Source: Hemiscyllium ocellatum
Lineage: Eukaryota
DNA: 64,000 bases
Direction: 5' to 3'
Assembly (NCBI RefSeq): GCF_020745735.1
Contig: NC_083413.1
Span: forward strand, 39,680,001-39,744,000
Part shown: positions 38,401-48,744 of the stretch, in pieces
Numbering within the stretch: the stretch's first letter is position 1
Layout: the number at the start of each line of letters is the position of its first letter
Notes under the pieces: model-generated
Told to the model about the DNA's origin: nothing
The model's database searches: none
The model's input: only the letters and a program-made list of their open reading frames with translations
Translations under genes and position numbers: made by a program

Positions 38401-39139
38401 ATATTTTATTTTTTTTTTCTGCTTCTAAACTTAGGGCAAGCTGTTGTACTGCCACTCTCCACCTGGCATTGATCCTGCTCATTTCCAATTCCAGCATGCT
38501 AAACTTGAAGAATGTGGTGTTGTATGTGATGAGAATGGTACAAATTTCAAAAGGAAGCAACATAATTTGAAAAGAATTGAAAATTATGTGGACAAAAGCT
38601 TCTTTCATCAGGTAAAGAAGCACAACAAGTAGAATGCAAGATAGTGTTATTCTTGTGGAATGGATTTCACGTGACAAAAGCTTGGTGTAGGTCAAAAACT
38701 GGAATGCAAGTAATAATAGCAGGATTGTTAAGGAAATTATTCGCATTTTCCTTTAAATTTATTCGGAATACTGTAGATTTGGGTGGTTGGGGTTTGGCGG
38801 AAGAGTCCCTTCATCCCAATAATCCTGAAACTTGGATCTGTTTATAATGTTATTCTTCACTGTTTTGTGTGTTAGAGCTTTATTCGGGAAATTGATCCAG
38901 TTTTAGTAAGATTTACAGTATGTTTGAAATTGACTTATGTATTTTATATTTTATAAAAGGAGAATATGCGTGCTTTGACAAAAGGAATTCAATCAGCAAT
39001 GGGCTTAAAATATGGCATTAGCTCAACACCGATGACTGGAGCCAGCATGGAAAATGTGGCAGGAAAACCATGGAAAAAGCATGGCAATAGGCATAAGAAA
39101 GAAAAATTACGGAGAATGTATAAACATCTGGATGGGTGA
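14371..39139 (+). CDS. LSG1: Large subunit GTPase 1 homolog, gene span with 14 coding exons, 667 aa
   Basis: Exons splice in frame to 2004 nt. Circularly permuted GTPase motifs DARNP, NKSD (G4), WSA (G5), GYPNVGKSS (G1), TPGHTK (G2), DCPG (G3). C-terminus KPWKKHGNRHKKEKLRR. Confidence 0.96.
14874..15000 (+). CDS. LSG1: LSG1 exon 2 (LHTSELNDGYNWGRLNLQSVTEQSTLDEFLATAELAGTEFVA)
   Basis: tag| ... |gtaaga, 127 nt. Confidence 0.95.
15293..15516. mobile_element. Miniature palindromic PLE derivative (two inverted pseudo-LTRs)
   Basis: Perfect inverted repeat 15321-15414 / 15425-15518. 15-bp TSD tgaatactagggaaa at 15278-15292 and 15517-15531. Confidence 0.88.
15422..15457 (+). ncRNA. Minimal type I hammerhead ribozyme motif with intact core
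   Basis: attc-CTGATGA(15426-15432)-a-gggc-ttat-gctc-GAAAC(15446-15450)-GTC(15451-15453)-gaat. Stems I and II pair. A mirror copy lies on the minus strand at ~15382-15417. Confidence 0.8.
15529..15650 (+). mobile_element. Older PLE-derived short element with decayed hammerhead
   Basis: gtt-ctgataa-agagtc-actg-gactc-aaagc-att-aac at 15591-15626, with inverted flanks gcatctgtgggaagaaa / tttcttcccactgatgc. Confidence 0.55.
16030..17140 (+). mobile_element. Old CR1-clade LINE 3' fragment, interrupted by a PLE pseudo-LTR at 16412-16540
   Basis: IYNAQVRSVMKY..AWMS.SPTT..KLDAIQ. 3' end ctagggatggttaataaatgctagcccagcc. Confidence 0.7.
16412..16540 (+). mobile_element. Solo PLE pseudo-LTR with hammerhead-like motif
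   Basis: CTGATGA (16416-16422)-aggactcttgccc-GAAA(a)gtt, then ctcctcggatactgcctgacc...ctccagcatctgcagtc tail. Confidence 0.7.
17481..17601 (+). CDS. LSG1: LSG1 exon 3 (EKLNVKIISAEDRTGLL...FLSIPRR)
   Basis: tag| ... AG|gtgcaa, 121 nt. Confidence 0.92.
18237..19741 (+). mobile_element. CR1 LINE ORF2 3' portion in LSG1 intron 3
   Basis: [34 protein letters not shown]. 3' tail ctctatgactct. Confidence 0.9.
18474..18560 (+). repeat. Dispersed ~85-bp copy of the LSG1 exon-4 donor and intron-4 start (19842-19927)
   Basis: ggtgagtgttgcagtttgtatgt...aattaaatactaatgggtatgaaatttatttaacat is present at both sites with a few differences. Confidence 0.9.
19759..19845 (+). CDS. LSG1: LSG1 exon 4 (PYWDENTEAEELQQSERENFLEWRRQLAR)
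   Basis: tag| ... |gtgagt, 87 nt. Confidence 0.94.
20425..20748 (+). mobile_element. CR1 LINE 3' end
   Basis: aagatgttttcctgtttggggtgatctagaacaagagg...aggaggaattgcttct...cctagttctaatgttct. Confidence 0.7.
21227..21313 (+). CDS. LSG1: LSG1 exon 5 (LEEERNLILTPFERNLEFWRQLWRVIER)
   Basis: cag| ... AG|gtatgg, 87 nt. Confidence 0.95.
21850..24760 (-). mobile_element. Old CR1-clade LINE, endonuclease to 3' end, decayed
   Basis: APE-like VLWVGDFNV and PTRGKTILDL on the minus strand. Same family as 16030-17140 and 49660-51090. Confidence 0.65.
23808..24262 (-). mobile_element. Rex1/Babar-like LINE 3' end nested in the older LINE
   Basis: ORF 23961-24203 ILKDPSHPG...LPSGRRYRSLNTR...FYP. Short (ttcaa)n tail. 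Confidence 0.65.
24843..24903 (+). CDS. LSG1: LSG1 exon 6 (SDVVVQIVDARNPLLFRCEDL)
   Basis: cag| ... |gtaagt, 61 nt. Confidence 0.95.
25518..25854 (-). mobile_element. tRNA-derived SINE (HE1 / V-SINE-like), full length
   Basis: Minus strand begins gggcagcacggtggctcagtggttagc (A box) and has ggttcgattcc (B box), V-SINE-like core tgcgtgggtttc, and a (tctaa)n tail. Confidence 0.88.
26659..26835 (+). CDS. LSG1: LSG1 exon 7 (ERYVKEV...LLNKSDLL...VVFWSA...EAK)
   Basis: cag| ... AAG|gtaagc, 177 nt. G4 and G5 motifs. Confidence 0.95.
29532..29966 (+). CDS. LSG1: LSG1 exon 8 (acidic low-complexity insert ... ITVGL)
   Basis: ttag|GGGGAA in frame with ORF 29559. Ends TTA|gtgagt, 435 nt. The acceptor is the least certain boundary. 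Confidence 0.88.
30619..30980. mobile_element. Internally deleted PLE (Poseidon/Penelope-type) with inverted ends
   Basis: Inverted ends ctggatgtaggtttgctc / gagcaaacctacatccag. GIY-YIG C-terminal remnant (EFLEA.H...NSINK.IELDPIY). Minus-strand hammerhead CTGAAGA-tgttacc-tagcag-ggtgat-GAAAC-ATT at 30682-30715. Confidence 0.75.
30992..31982. mobile_element. Fold-back PLE-derived element with ~390-bp inverted arms
   Basis: Arms ~31029-31425 and ~31600-31979 are reverse complements. Minus-strand hammerhead CTGATGA...GAAAG-CTA at 31081-31117. Confidence 0.8.
32298..32399 (+). CDS. LSG1: LSG1 exon 9 (VGYPNVGKSSTINT...SATPGHTKHFQ), P-loop
   Basis: tag| ... CAG|gtactt, 102 nt. Confidence 0.96.
33091..33234 (+). 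CDS. LSG1: LSG1 exon 10 (TLYVEPGLCLCDCPGLVMPSF...DHVPPISL)
   Basis: tag| ... TTA|ATATCCTTT (U12-type donor), 144 nt. Confidence 0.93.
33235..35174 (+). other. LSG1: U12-type (minor spliceosome) intron, AT-AT or possibly AT-AC
   Basis: 5' ATATCCTTT at 33235-33243. Branch site TCCTTGAT at 35159-35166. No polypyrimidine tract or AG before exon 11. Confidence 0.88.
35175..35298 (+). CDS. LSG1: LSG1 exon 11 (VCQHIPRHVLEATYGINII...EELLTAYG)
   Basis: Homology to LSG1. Donor T|gtaagt, 124 nt. Would start at 35172 if the upstream AC is used. Confidence 0.9.
35625..36111 (+). mobile_element. Probable solo LTR
   Basis: Imperfect inverted termini TGTTATGA...TCGCAACA. AATAAA at ~35987. Flanks ctat/atat resemble a 4-bp TSD with one mismatch. 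Confidence 0.55.
36400..36735 (-). mobile_element. tRNA-derived SINE (HE1-like)
   Basis: Minus strand starts agggcagcatggtggctcagt. Same core as 25518-25854. Confidence 0.8.
37239..37318 (+). CDS. LSG1: LSG1 exon 12 (YMRGFMTAHGQPDQPRAARYILKDYVT)
   Basis: cag| ... |gtgagt, 80 nt. Confidence 0.95.
38435..38611 (+). CDS. LSG1: LSG1 exon 13 (GKLLYCHSPPGIDP...IENYVDKSFFHQ)
   Basis: tag| ... CAG|gtaaag, 177 nt. Confidence 0.95.
38960..39139 (+). CDS. LSG1: LSG1 exon 14, last coding exon (ENMRALTKG...KPWKKHGN...HLDG*)
   Basis: aag| ... stop TGA at 39137-39139, 180 nt. Confidence 0.94.
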   Translation, partial: ENMRALTKGIQSAMGLKYGISSTPMTGASMENVAGKPWKKHGNRHKKEKLRRMYKHLDG

Positions 39140-39243
39140 ACTTCCCTTATTCTCAGGAGTTGGACACTTTTTTGGCCTAATTACTTATTGCTCAGTTTAT
39201 ATTCACATAATGGGAATAAGTGCAGCAAGTCAGAAGCAAAAGT

Positions 39244-39249
39244 AATAAA
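39244..39249 (+). terminator. LSG1: Candidate LSG1 polyadenylation signal (a second AATAAA lies at 39430-39435)
   Basis: AATAAA about 105 nt after the stop codon. Usage not verifiable from sequence. Confidence 0.45.
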
Positions 39250-40207
39250 TGTGTTTCAATGTATGCTGAAAGAGTCAGCAACCTGATGGTACACTGCAGT
39301 ACTTGAACTAATTTAGTATAATTCACTTGGAATTTCCAGTCCATCATTTATGCAGACTTTGTTACAGTATGAGTTTTTAATCTTTTCTAAAGATGTGTCT
39401 GATTCCATTGTTGAATTCTGCAGTAAAAGAATAAAATAAGTACATGTAGTTTCACTTGGCATTTATTTACTAATTGAGAATAGTTAATGACATTTGTTTG
39501 GATTGTGTTTGAAATGATTTTCTTTCCCCAAAAATGGCTGCACTTATCATCAAAATTTTCCACATTTGTGATCACCAATGGAATGGAGTGTCACCAGCTT
39601 TCAAACTGGTTTTGCGAGGCTAGTGGGGCGGTGCACCATATCTGGAGGTTGTGGTATTGAATGTCAGATTTAGCTGACACTCAACATGTTTTTTATTCTT
39701 GTTGAGTAAATGTCTGTACAAATTTAATACCAGGTTTTTTAAAAGCAAGTAGGGAATGGAAGAGAGAGAATGGAACTGTTGTTTTCTAAGAATCCACATT
39801 ATGATGTGGATGACACTTTGTTTAGTTTTAGATGCGTCATATTAGAATCAAACTTGTGCACAAATGACATTTCAGGTGTGGAAAGAGATCTAAGGGCATT
39901 GGGGTTACACAAATGGCGTGTAATGAGAATAATTCTGTTTATACCATAAATACCAGACATTCTAAAAAGTGAATAAGCTGCAAGTGAATTAGTTCTGCAG
40001 TAATTCTGAAATTGTTTAATAGTTGTTTTCCTTGTTCATGGGATGTGAGCATTGTTGATGGAGCAAATGTTTCATTGCCCTTGAGGAAGTGGTCGGGAAC
40101 CACCTGCAGTTCATGTGTCGGTACATCCACAGGAAAGTTAGTGCTCTGTAGTTCACAGCAACTGACCCAGCAGCAGTGAAGGAAAGGTGATACTTTTTTT
40201 CTAAATC

Positions 40208-40439
40208 AGAGTGAAGTTTGCATGTTCTCCCCATGTCTACATGGGTTTCCTCTGGGTGCTCCAGTTTCCTGCCACAGTCCAAAGATGTGCCGTTTAGGTG
40301 AACTGGCCATGCTAAATTGCCTGTAGTGTTAGATGTAGGGGAATGGGTCTGGGTGGGTTGCTCTTTGGAGGGTCGGTGTGGACTTGCTGGGCTGAAGGGC
40401 TTGTTTCCACACTAGATTAGATTCCCTACACAATCTAAT
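40208..40439 (+). mobile_element. 5'-truncated HE1-like SINE
   Basis: gtttgcatgttctcccc...gggtttcctctgggtgctcc...ggccatgctaaattgcc...aatctaat. Confidence 0.8.
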
Positions 40440-42734
40440 GGCTTGTCCTTTGGAGGGGAACCCACAAGTGATTGTGCTCTTGTGCACTAAATGCCCTTGT
40501 TTGTTAATAATTTTGTTATTTGGAATGTGCCATTAAAGGAACAGTGCGATGTTGTTCAGGTACACCTTGGATATAAGCACTGGGCAACAGTGTGCAGTGA
40601 TGAAATGATTGTTTAATTAAGATGATATGTAGGGGAGTTGTAAAGGGGGTAACCTATCATACTTGCAGTGAGAAATGATGTTTGTGATTTTGGGTAATTT
40701 TAATTGGATGGATTTGATCGGATGGATTCAAAGCTGGAATTGTGGGAAAAGAGGACACAGATTCAGGAAGTAACAAATGATCCAGTGATACTCTAGAGGA
40801 AAGGCAGAATGCAAATAATGATGGCTTTCTGTTGGTACAAGGGATCACAAGCATGTTTTTTTGAGGGGACATCACTAGAGCAATTTGTATTTACATGCAA
40901 AACAATCCCAAAGTATATCTCAGGGGCATCATGAAGCAACTTTTGATGCCCAGCCCCACACATACTATTCAAAGGGGATGATCAAATGGTTGATCAAGTA
41001 GGTAGATTTTGGGAGTATCTAAATAGTAGAAAGAGGAAAAATACAATGCATAGTGCTTTGACACATGAGAGCAATTTAAAACAGGTGGTTCAAGGCAGAT
41101 ATTGGAGGAGCAATGATATCTCAAGGCTGTAGTGCAGAAAGATTTGGAGATGGGATGTGGTGGTTATTTATGGTGGTAGTGAGACCACAAAGGGACTTCA
41201 AAATGAAGATGAAATTTTTCAAATGTACATATTGCTTCACTGGGAGTGAGTGTGCAAAGAAATTTGAATGTAAAGATTCATGCAGCAAAGGTTTTGATGA
41301 CCTCCAGTTGAGGGAGGGTAGAATGTGGAATGCATTTAGATAGAGGTAGAAATGTTATGAGAATTTCAAGAAGTGAGTTGCAGGTGGGGTAAACTTGATG
41401 TAATGATGTAATTTGACAGTCTTCATGACCATAATATGGTTAGAAGCTTAACTTGTAGACTGTTTATAAGCTTGATATACAGAACTTTTGCCTTTGTGAA
41501 GGTTCTTGATTTGGTATTATTTGGAAACTTGGGTTCTAAAGTGGACAGAACCACATAGCAATGAGTTTGATTTGCAATTCAATATTGTGTTGGCTTGGAA
41601 GGGAAGGACCCAATTTGATTTTTTTTGAAGTCCTGTGAGTGGTACTGCACTGTTTGTTTGCATGCATCTAAATAGAGCTTTTACACATCTTTTATGTGAT
41701 TAGTCAAGTGCTGAACCAACACAGCTGCATTGTTGTATAAGGTGTCCTGTGCAACAGATACAAATTCTTTCTTCTAGAAAGACAAAACCACTTGGAAGGT
41801 CAGTGTGTGGGTAGGCTTTCCAGGACAGTGAGAGTTTCTTCTAGAGAAAAAAAAAGGCATGTACTAGCAGCAGGGAAGTTCAGTCCCCAGATTAGGGCAG
41901 AAGAAAAGAAGCCCTTATTGATTTAGATCTTTATAACAGAAAGTTTTGGGAACTCCTCCAAGAAATAAGTGATCTGTTTAGTTTGAGTCTTGGGGTTCTA
42001 TTTAGTTAATTAGCATTGATTGCCGATGTTTATAGGGAAACAGACAAAAATAGCATACAAGCTGAACAAGGAGCTTTGAACTGGTAACAGGATGACCTTT
42101 TCAAGTTAGTATCTACAAAGTTGCCATAAAGGTCCAATTTAACACTAATTGTAAGCCTCCAGGGTCTGACCACATACAAAACCACTACAGGTACGAATGT
42201 GTTTGGACAAGGTTCACAAATATATAAAGTTATCAGGACAAATTCAGAAAGAATGACACTTAATAAGGAGGGACATCGGCATTATTAGAGTACCCCTGAC
42301 CTCACTTTGAGTTTTCCTCATACAGGCAGCATGTGATTAGGCTTCGATTGGTTCAGTGGGGCATGCACGATCACCTGATACGAATTCCGGGAGAGGAAGT
42401 CAGATTTAGCTTTGTAGACTGTTCGTTTTGTGAGTATTCTTAGTTAAATTAGTCATCTTGCTGGATTTGTGTAATGTTGATCAGATCAGTGACTTCTCAA
42501 TGCTTTTCAGGTGCCCCCTGCTGGGTGACATGTTTACTGTGGCAGTTGTGTATAGAATGACTACTTTGTATAAAATTTTTAAAACATATAAATACTTGCA
42601 AAGTAATATTAAGCTAACAGAAAATTACACTAAAATAAAACTAGAAGCTGGAGATCTGTAACAGTAATGGAGACACTAAGTAGGTCTGTCTCAATACCTG
42701 AATTTCTCTGGCACATTGTTTTCATTAGAGAAAA

Positions 42735-44573
42735 TTGGGGCGATTGAAAGTTATAAGGTAGCCAGGAACGATCTAAAGAGAGAGCTAAGAGCAGCAAGGA
42801 GGGGACATGAAAAGTCCTTGGTTGGTAGGATTATGGAAAACCCAAAGGCTTTCCATAGGTATGTCAGGAATAAAAGAATGACTAGGGTAGGAATAGGTCC
42901 AGTTAAGGATAGTAGTGGAAAGTTGCGTGTGGAGGCTGAAGAGATTGGGAAGACACTGAATGAATACTTTTCGTCAATATTCACTCAGGAACAGGACATT
43001 GTTGCCGATGTGAATATTGAGTCACAATTAATTAGAATGGATGGCTTTGAGGTATGTAGGGAAGAGGTGTTGGAAATTCTGGAAAGGGTGAAAATAGATA
43101 AGTTCCCTGGGCCTGTTGGCATTTATCATAGGATTCTTTGGGAAGCAAGGGAGGAGATTGCAGAGCCATTGGCCTTGATTTTTATGTCCTCGTTGTCTAC
43201 AGGAATAATGCCAGAAGACTGGAGGATAGCAAATGTGGCTCCCTTGTTCAAGAAGGGGAGTAGGGATAACCCTAGTAATTATAGGCCGGTGAGTCTCACT
43301 TCTGTTGTGGGCAAAGTCTTAAAGAGAATTGTAAGGAATAGGATTTATGAACATCTAGATAGAAATAATCTGATCAAGGACAGTCAGCATGGTTTTGTGA
43401 AGGGCAGGTCGTGCCTCACAAACCTTCTCAAAGAATTCAATAAGGACGTGGACGAGGGTAAAACGGTAGATGTGTATATGGATTTTAGTAAGGCGTTTGA
43501 TAAGGTTCCCCATGGTAGGCTACTGCAAAAGATACGGAGGTATGGCATTGAGGGTGGGTTGGATTAGGAATTGGCTGGCTGGAAGGAGACAGAGGGTAGT
43601 AGTTGATGGTAAAGGTTCAGCTTGGAGTGCAGTTACTAGCGGTGTTCCGCAAGGATCTGTTTTGGGATCGTCGCTGTTTGTCAAATTTGGGTGAGCAAAT
43701 TTGCGGATGATACGAAAGTCGGTGGAGTTGTTGACAGTGAGGAAGGATGTGGCAGGTTACAGCGGGATATAGAAAAGATGCAGAGCTGGGCAGAAAGGTG
43801 GCAAATGGAGTTCAATGTAGGTAAGTGTGAAGTGATTCACTTTGGTAAGAGTAACAAGAAGATGGGGTACTGGGCTAATGGTCAGATACTTGGTAGTGTG
43901 GATGTGCAGAGTGATTTTGGTGTCCATGTACACAGATCTCTGTAAGTTGCCACCCAGGTAAATAGTGCTGTGAAGAAGGCATATGGCGTACTGGCTTTTA
44001 TTGGTAGAAGAATTGAGTTCCAGAGTCCTGAGGTCATGTTGCAGTTGTATAAGACTCTGGTGCGGCCGCATCTGGAGTATTGTGTGCAGTTTTGGTCGCC
44101 ATACTATAGGAAGGATGTGGAGGCACTGGAACGGCTGCAGAGGAGGTTTACCAGGATGTTGCCTAGTATGGTAGGAAGATCATATGAGGAAAGGCTGAGG
44201 CACTTGGGGCTGTTTTCATTGGAGGAAAGAAGGTTTAGGGGTGATTTGATAGAGGTGTACAAGATGATTAGGGGTTTAGATAGGGTTGACGATGAGAATC
44301 TTTTTCCACGTATGGAGTCAGCTATTACGAGGGGGCATAGCTTTAAATTAAGGGGTGGTAGGTATAGGACAGATGTTAGGGGTAGATTCTTTACTCAACG
44401 AGTCGTGAGTTCATGGAATGCCCTGCCAGTAGCAGTGCTCCCTCTTTATGGGCATTTAAACGGGCATTGGATAGACATATGGAGGGTAGTGGGCTAGTGT
44501 AGGTTAGGTGGCTTGGATCGGTGCAACATCGAGGGCCGAAGGGCCTGTATTGCGCTGTATTTGTCTATGTTCT
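42735..44573 (+). mobile_element. CR1 LINE ORF2 (RT), 5'-truncated and frameshifted
   Basis: ORFs 42716-43567, 43691-43945 and 43970-44497 carry NYRPVSLTSVVGK, QHGF.KGRSCLTNL, DFSKAFDKVPH, FADDTK and LVRPHLEYCVQFWSP. Confidence 0.92.
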
Positions 44574-45119
44574 AAAAGTTACAGTGGATTTTAAAAATCC
44601 ATACTGATATGTAAAGTGGATAGTGATCAATATTTACAAGGTGGGTTAGGTAAAATGATTCGTCAAAAAGGATTATACAGTTCCAGAACTATTCACCCAC
44701 TAACAGAAGTTAACCTTAAGACAAAAAGTGTATTTAGGTACCTTGATTTTGTGTAACAAAACTCCGAACTCCTTCAATTATTGAGGTAAAAGGGTTTAAT
44801 CCTTACTTTTGATAACAGTAATAAATCTATTTCAACTAGTTACTGACCCCCCCACCCCCTACCTTTTGAGTGTAGTCATTTTTGTTCTTTTGTTGAGAGT
44901 ACATTGCCAGCCTCTTGGGAGCTTGGAACGGAATTGCCAAAATAGAACTTATGGACAATCGAGCCAGATCATGCTGAAATCTGAATTTACCCATATTACC
45001 ATCAACTAGGATCTTAAGATCCAAACAGAATTTTAAATAGTTAAGCATCAAGAATTAAACACTACAAAGGAGTAAACTACAAAGAACATAAATATTTAAA
45101 GTCTAATTCTTCAGGCTAA

Positions 45120-46078
45120 CAATCAAATTGACGCGTCAGTTAAGAATCGTTGCCTCTAATTTCTGTGCCATGTGAAAACTCCAAAATGCGTATTTATTGT
45201 GCTGCAAATGCCCCCGAGTTGCTTGAAATTAAGCTTTTGCTTTCTGACCAGGAGGAATGGCTCGTGTCAAGGTAAGACAGATGGGAAGCTAAGCACGCCT
45301 CCTCTAAGAGGAGGCAACTTTAAGCCACAGCGTCTCCATGAGGATTGTGATTTGTGTAGACCTTAGTCTGCATAGAAAGGTAAAACTACAACGATCCGCC
45401 TGGAGGGACAAAAATGAATTAGACAAACAGTTGAAGACATTTTTAGAAAGAGGAATAATTGATTTGTTTTGAAGCCTTGAAGTGTGCCATAACACATCGG
45501 AAACATTGATTAAAAGTACTTTGAAACGTAGAAGTTTTCCAAAGATCCTGCGGTGGGAGGACATTGCACCTTTAAGAGCTTTGATTATGCGCCTAGTTTT
45601 TCCATGTACGCAACTTGCAGTCTTTTAAAAAATAAGTTCGCCCAGCGTGAAGAAGGCAATGCTATTTGGGGTTAGTGAGTTCCTGTGGGTATGTTTTTAT
45701 TTTTGGATAAACTACAGTAGTTCCGTGGATTGCTGAAATTTTTATTGGGAAAGTTGTGCTGAGACTGCGCCCATTCCTTTGCCTGAACGTATTATAGTTC
45801 AGGGGCTGGAGAGTTGTTACGTCTCCTGAAAGCAGGAAGAGACGGCGACTGAAACTGGCGGTCCCCTTCTCCTGAGTGAGAGTGGCGAATCAAACTATCC
45901 CGGTGCCCATTCGGAGGCCACTTATAACCAACTTAGGCTATTTTAATCTTTCACAGTGACCGGGAAAGTCTGGTGCTTAGAGGTAGATTTTTATTTTGAG
46001 AATTAACAAACGTTTGAGTGATTAAGAGCGTTCGGCATGTCGGTGTCAGTGAATTTCTAAAGAAAGTGTGAAGTCAAG
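45120..46078 (+). promoter_or_regulatory. TMEM44: CpG-enriched putative TMEM44 promoter / 5' UTR
   Basis: CpG excess relative to flanks and no recognisable repeat. Palindrome TGACGCGTCA at ~45129-45138. Lies directly upstream of the TMEM44 ATG. Confidence 0.45.
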
Positions 46079-46266
46079 ATGAGTTCTCCAGTCGACAACA
46101 ATCAGAGTCAACTGGAAGGAGTAACTCAGGCCGAAGGCATTCTGGCTGATTCATCTTCCTTATGGAATTGGAATTATTGGATCAACTGTTTCATCCAGGA
46201 GAAAGTTTGCATTTCCTTCGCGCTCTGGGTTTTATCGATGCTATTTTGGGCAATCGCTCATATTAT
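46079..46266 (+). CDS. TMEM44: Transmembrane protein 44, first coding exon (remaining exons not found in the window)
   Basis: LWNWNYWINCF..EKVCISFALW..S..FW..AH matches the TMEM44 N-terminus (LWDWDYLDRCF...VCISFGLW). Strong donor AT|gtaagt at 46267. Synteny with LSG1. Confidence 0.88.
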
Positions 46267-46749
46267 GTAAGTATATCCAATATTTCTGTATTACGAGCCC
46301 ACCTCCACCAATAATCAGAAAGGGAGAGTTTGCTGGAGTGGTGCCATTTTCCCCTCCCTCCAGCCTCCGACTGCAGGAGGGGAGCTGAAAGAAATTTTTT
46401 TTTAAACACCGGTCAGATCAGAATGGCATCAATTTCCGAGCCCTTTAAAATGATTTGGATAGGCAGCTGTGAAAGATTGAGACACTGAAGGGAGGGGCTG
46501 TATTGAGTTCAGACAGCTTTTTGTTGGCTTCTCTTGTTACGAACGTAAGGCGCTGGAAGTACATTGCTTGGTCTGTAAATTTAGGGATCCTGTGTCAATC
46601 GGAGAGCTTTACGTGCTACATAATCACATTTTATTTCAAACAAAGTTTGTTTTTTCTTTCCTGAAGTTGTGGGTTTAAACATAATATAGGCTGACAGTTG
46701 AGTTACTGAGGGAGTGCCGCATTACTGGGAGTAAGTCCAAGGCATCCCA

Positions 46750-47935
46750 GGAATAGCTGTAAGTCAGGAAATGGAAGAGAGAATGTCAAGAAAATTAAAA
46801 TCCGGAAGGAATTGGTAGTGAGTAAATTGTTGGACCTGACTGACAAGTCCCTGGATCCTGATGAAATTATCCTAAAGGTCTAAAAACTAACAAAATATAT
46901 TGAGTTGAATGTACACAATGCTGGAGAATCAACGTATATAACAATTGTATAAATTAATTTGCATGAAGGCATGGCTGAGAAATTTGCTGATGGGACAAGA
47001 TGGGTGGGAAGGTAAGTTGTGGAGGGATCATAAGGGTTGTAAAACAAAAGGATATACATGGGTGAAGTCACCGTATGAAGATCTGGCAAACGAGCTATGA
47101 TATGAACAAAAATTGAAGTCCATTTTTGCTGATAAGATTAAAAAAAACATTTTTCTTAAAATGGTCTAAATTGCAATACTCTGAGATGCAGAGGGATCAA
47201 GGTGGCTTAGTGTATGAAATCACAAAAGATTCATCTGCAAGTATAGCACGTGCTTAGGAAGTTTAATGCTTTACAGTATATAGTATTTGTGAATGGAATA
47301 AATGCAAAGGGAGGGTCATTGTGCTTCAGTAATGCAGGGCAGTGACGAGACTATATCTGGTGTACTGTGTACAACATTGTTTTCCTCATTGAGGGGAGGA
47401 TATAAATGTGTAGGAAACGTTATGGCTAATGGACTGGAGTGGTTAAAGAAGGCAGCTCATCACCACCTTCCCCATCCAGTGAGGCCAACATACAGTAAAT
47501 GAACAAAAAAAAAGTTCAGGGAAAGTTTACTAGACCAATACTTGGAATGGTTGGGTTGTCATTTGAGGAAAGGTTGCACAAGATAGGCTTGTAACTAGAG
47601 TTAAAAGTAAGAGTTGATTCGATTGTAACGTAAAGAAGATCCTGAGGAGACTTGACAGTGTAAATGTGCAAAAGATGTTTCATCTTGTGGGAGATTCTAG
47701 AACTAGAGGTCCCTGTTTTAAAGGGGAGTTTTAAGACAGAGGTAAGAATTTTGATCTGAGTTGAGCCTTTGGACATCTCTTCCTCCAAGTTGGTAGAAAA
47801 CAGTCATTGAATATTTTTTAGTCAGATTCTTATGATGATTTTATCAGGATTCTTGATATCAAGGGAATGAAAGGTTATCAGGGGTAAGTGGGGAGGTGGG
47901 GTAATCAGAAATGGCAGTGCAGTCCCGATGCATCG
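46750..47935 (+). mobile_element. Highly decayed CR1 fragments
   Basis: Degenerate DKS.GPD, KFADGT..GG and the ctagaactagagg 3' region. Confidence 0.55.
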
Positions 47936-48505
47936 AGTAACTTTTACAAATATACTAACGGGGAGCTGATATATGTCATGCATTTGTTTGACAGGCTGAC
48001 AAAATGAGAATTTTCCTCAGTGCTATCTCAAATGAATGTTTCTCAATGCCTTCTTTTGTTGTCTATGGGAGTCTCTAATAATGCCACACTGTTTCAGAGA
48101 AGTCAGGCTGTCACTGGGTGCATCTTTCAGATCAGATGAACTGAAGCCCCTTGTATATGTTTAAGTGATAAAAGGGCACATGCAACTATTAGAAAAACAA
48201 ATGGATCTCCTGGTATCTGTTAGATTTTTTGTTTACTGAGACATGAACAAAAATACATTTCTGGATATTATATTCATGTGTTGTTTTGTAAGATCTGTTG
48301 TCTATAGATACCTACATTTCTTGCAACCTGAGGGACTTTAGTTCAAAAACTATTGATTGTAAAGCTCTAATTGGCCATTCTGAGCAAATAGTGTATTTTA
48401 AAACACTTATTCTGACAGTTCAGACTTTGTGAATTTTGTAGACCAACAATTGAAGCTGTTACAAAAATAGCATGAATAAATATCCTAGGGTATTGATACT
48501 TCAAG

Positions 48506-48578
48506 GTTAGAGTGGTGCTGGAAAAGCACAGCAGATCAGGCAGCATCCGAGGAGCAGGAAAGTCGATGTTTTGGACAG
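48506..48578 (-). mobile_element. 73-bp PLE pseudo-LTR fragment with TSD
   Basis: Nearly identical to 2944-3008. 11-bp TSD gatacttcaag at 48495-48505 and 48579-48589. Confidence 0.8.
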
Positions 48579-48744
48579 GATACTTCAAGATGTGACTAAA
48601 TTGTATTTTAATAACATTTAATATCATTTTCTACCTATTTATTTCATGTGACTGACAGATGCCAATATGCAAAATTAATCACTGCAATACTAAACAAAAG
48701 CTGCATTACTAAAGATACTCCTTTTTGCTGAGGTATCAATGCAC

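Noticed and set aside
42716-43567. 283-aa RT-like ORF as an active or domesticated gene
   Set aside because: Truncated CR1 ORF2 with deletions, downstream frameshifts and stops.
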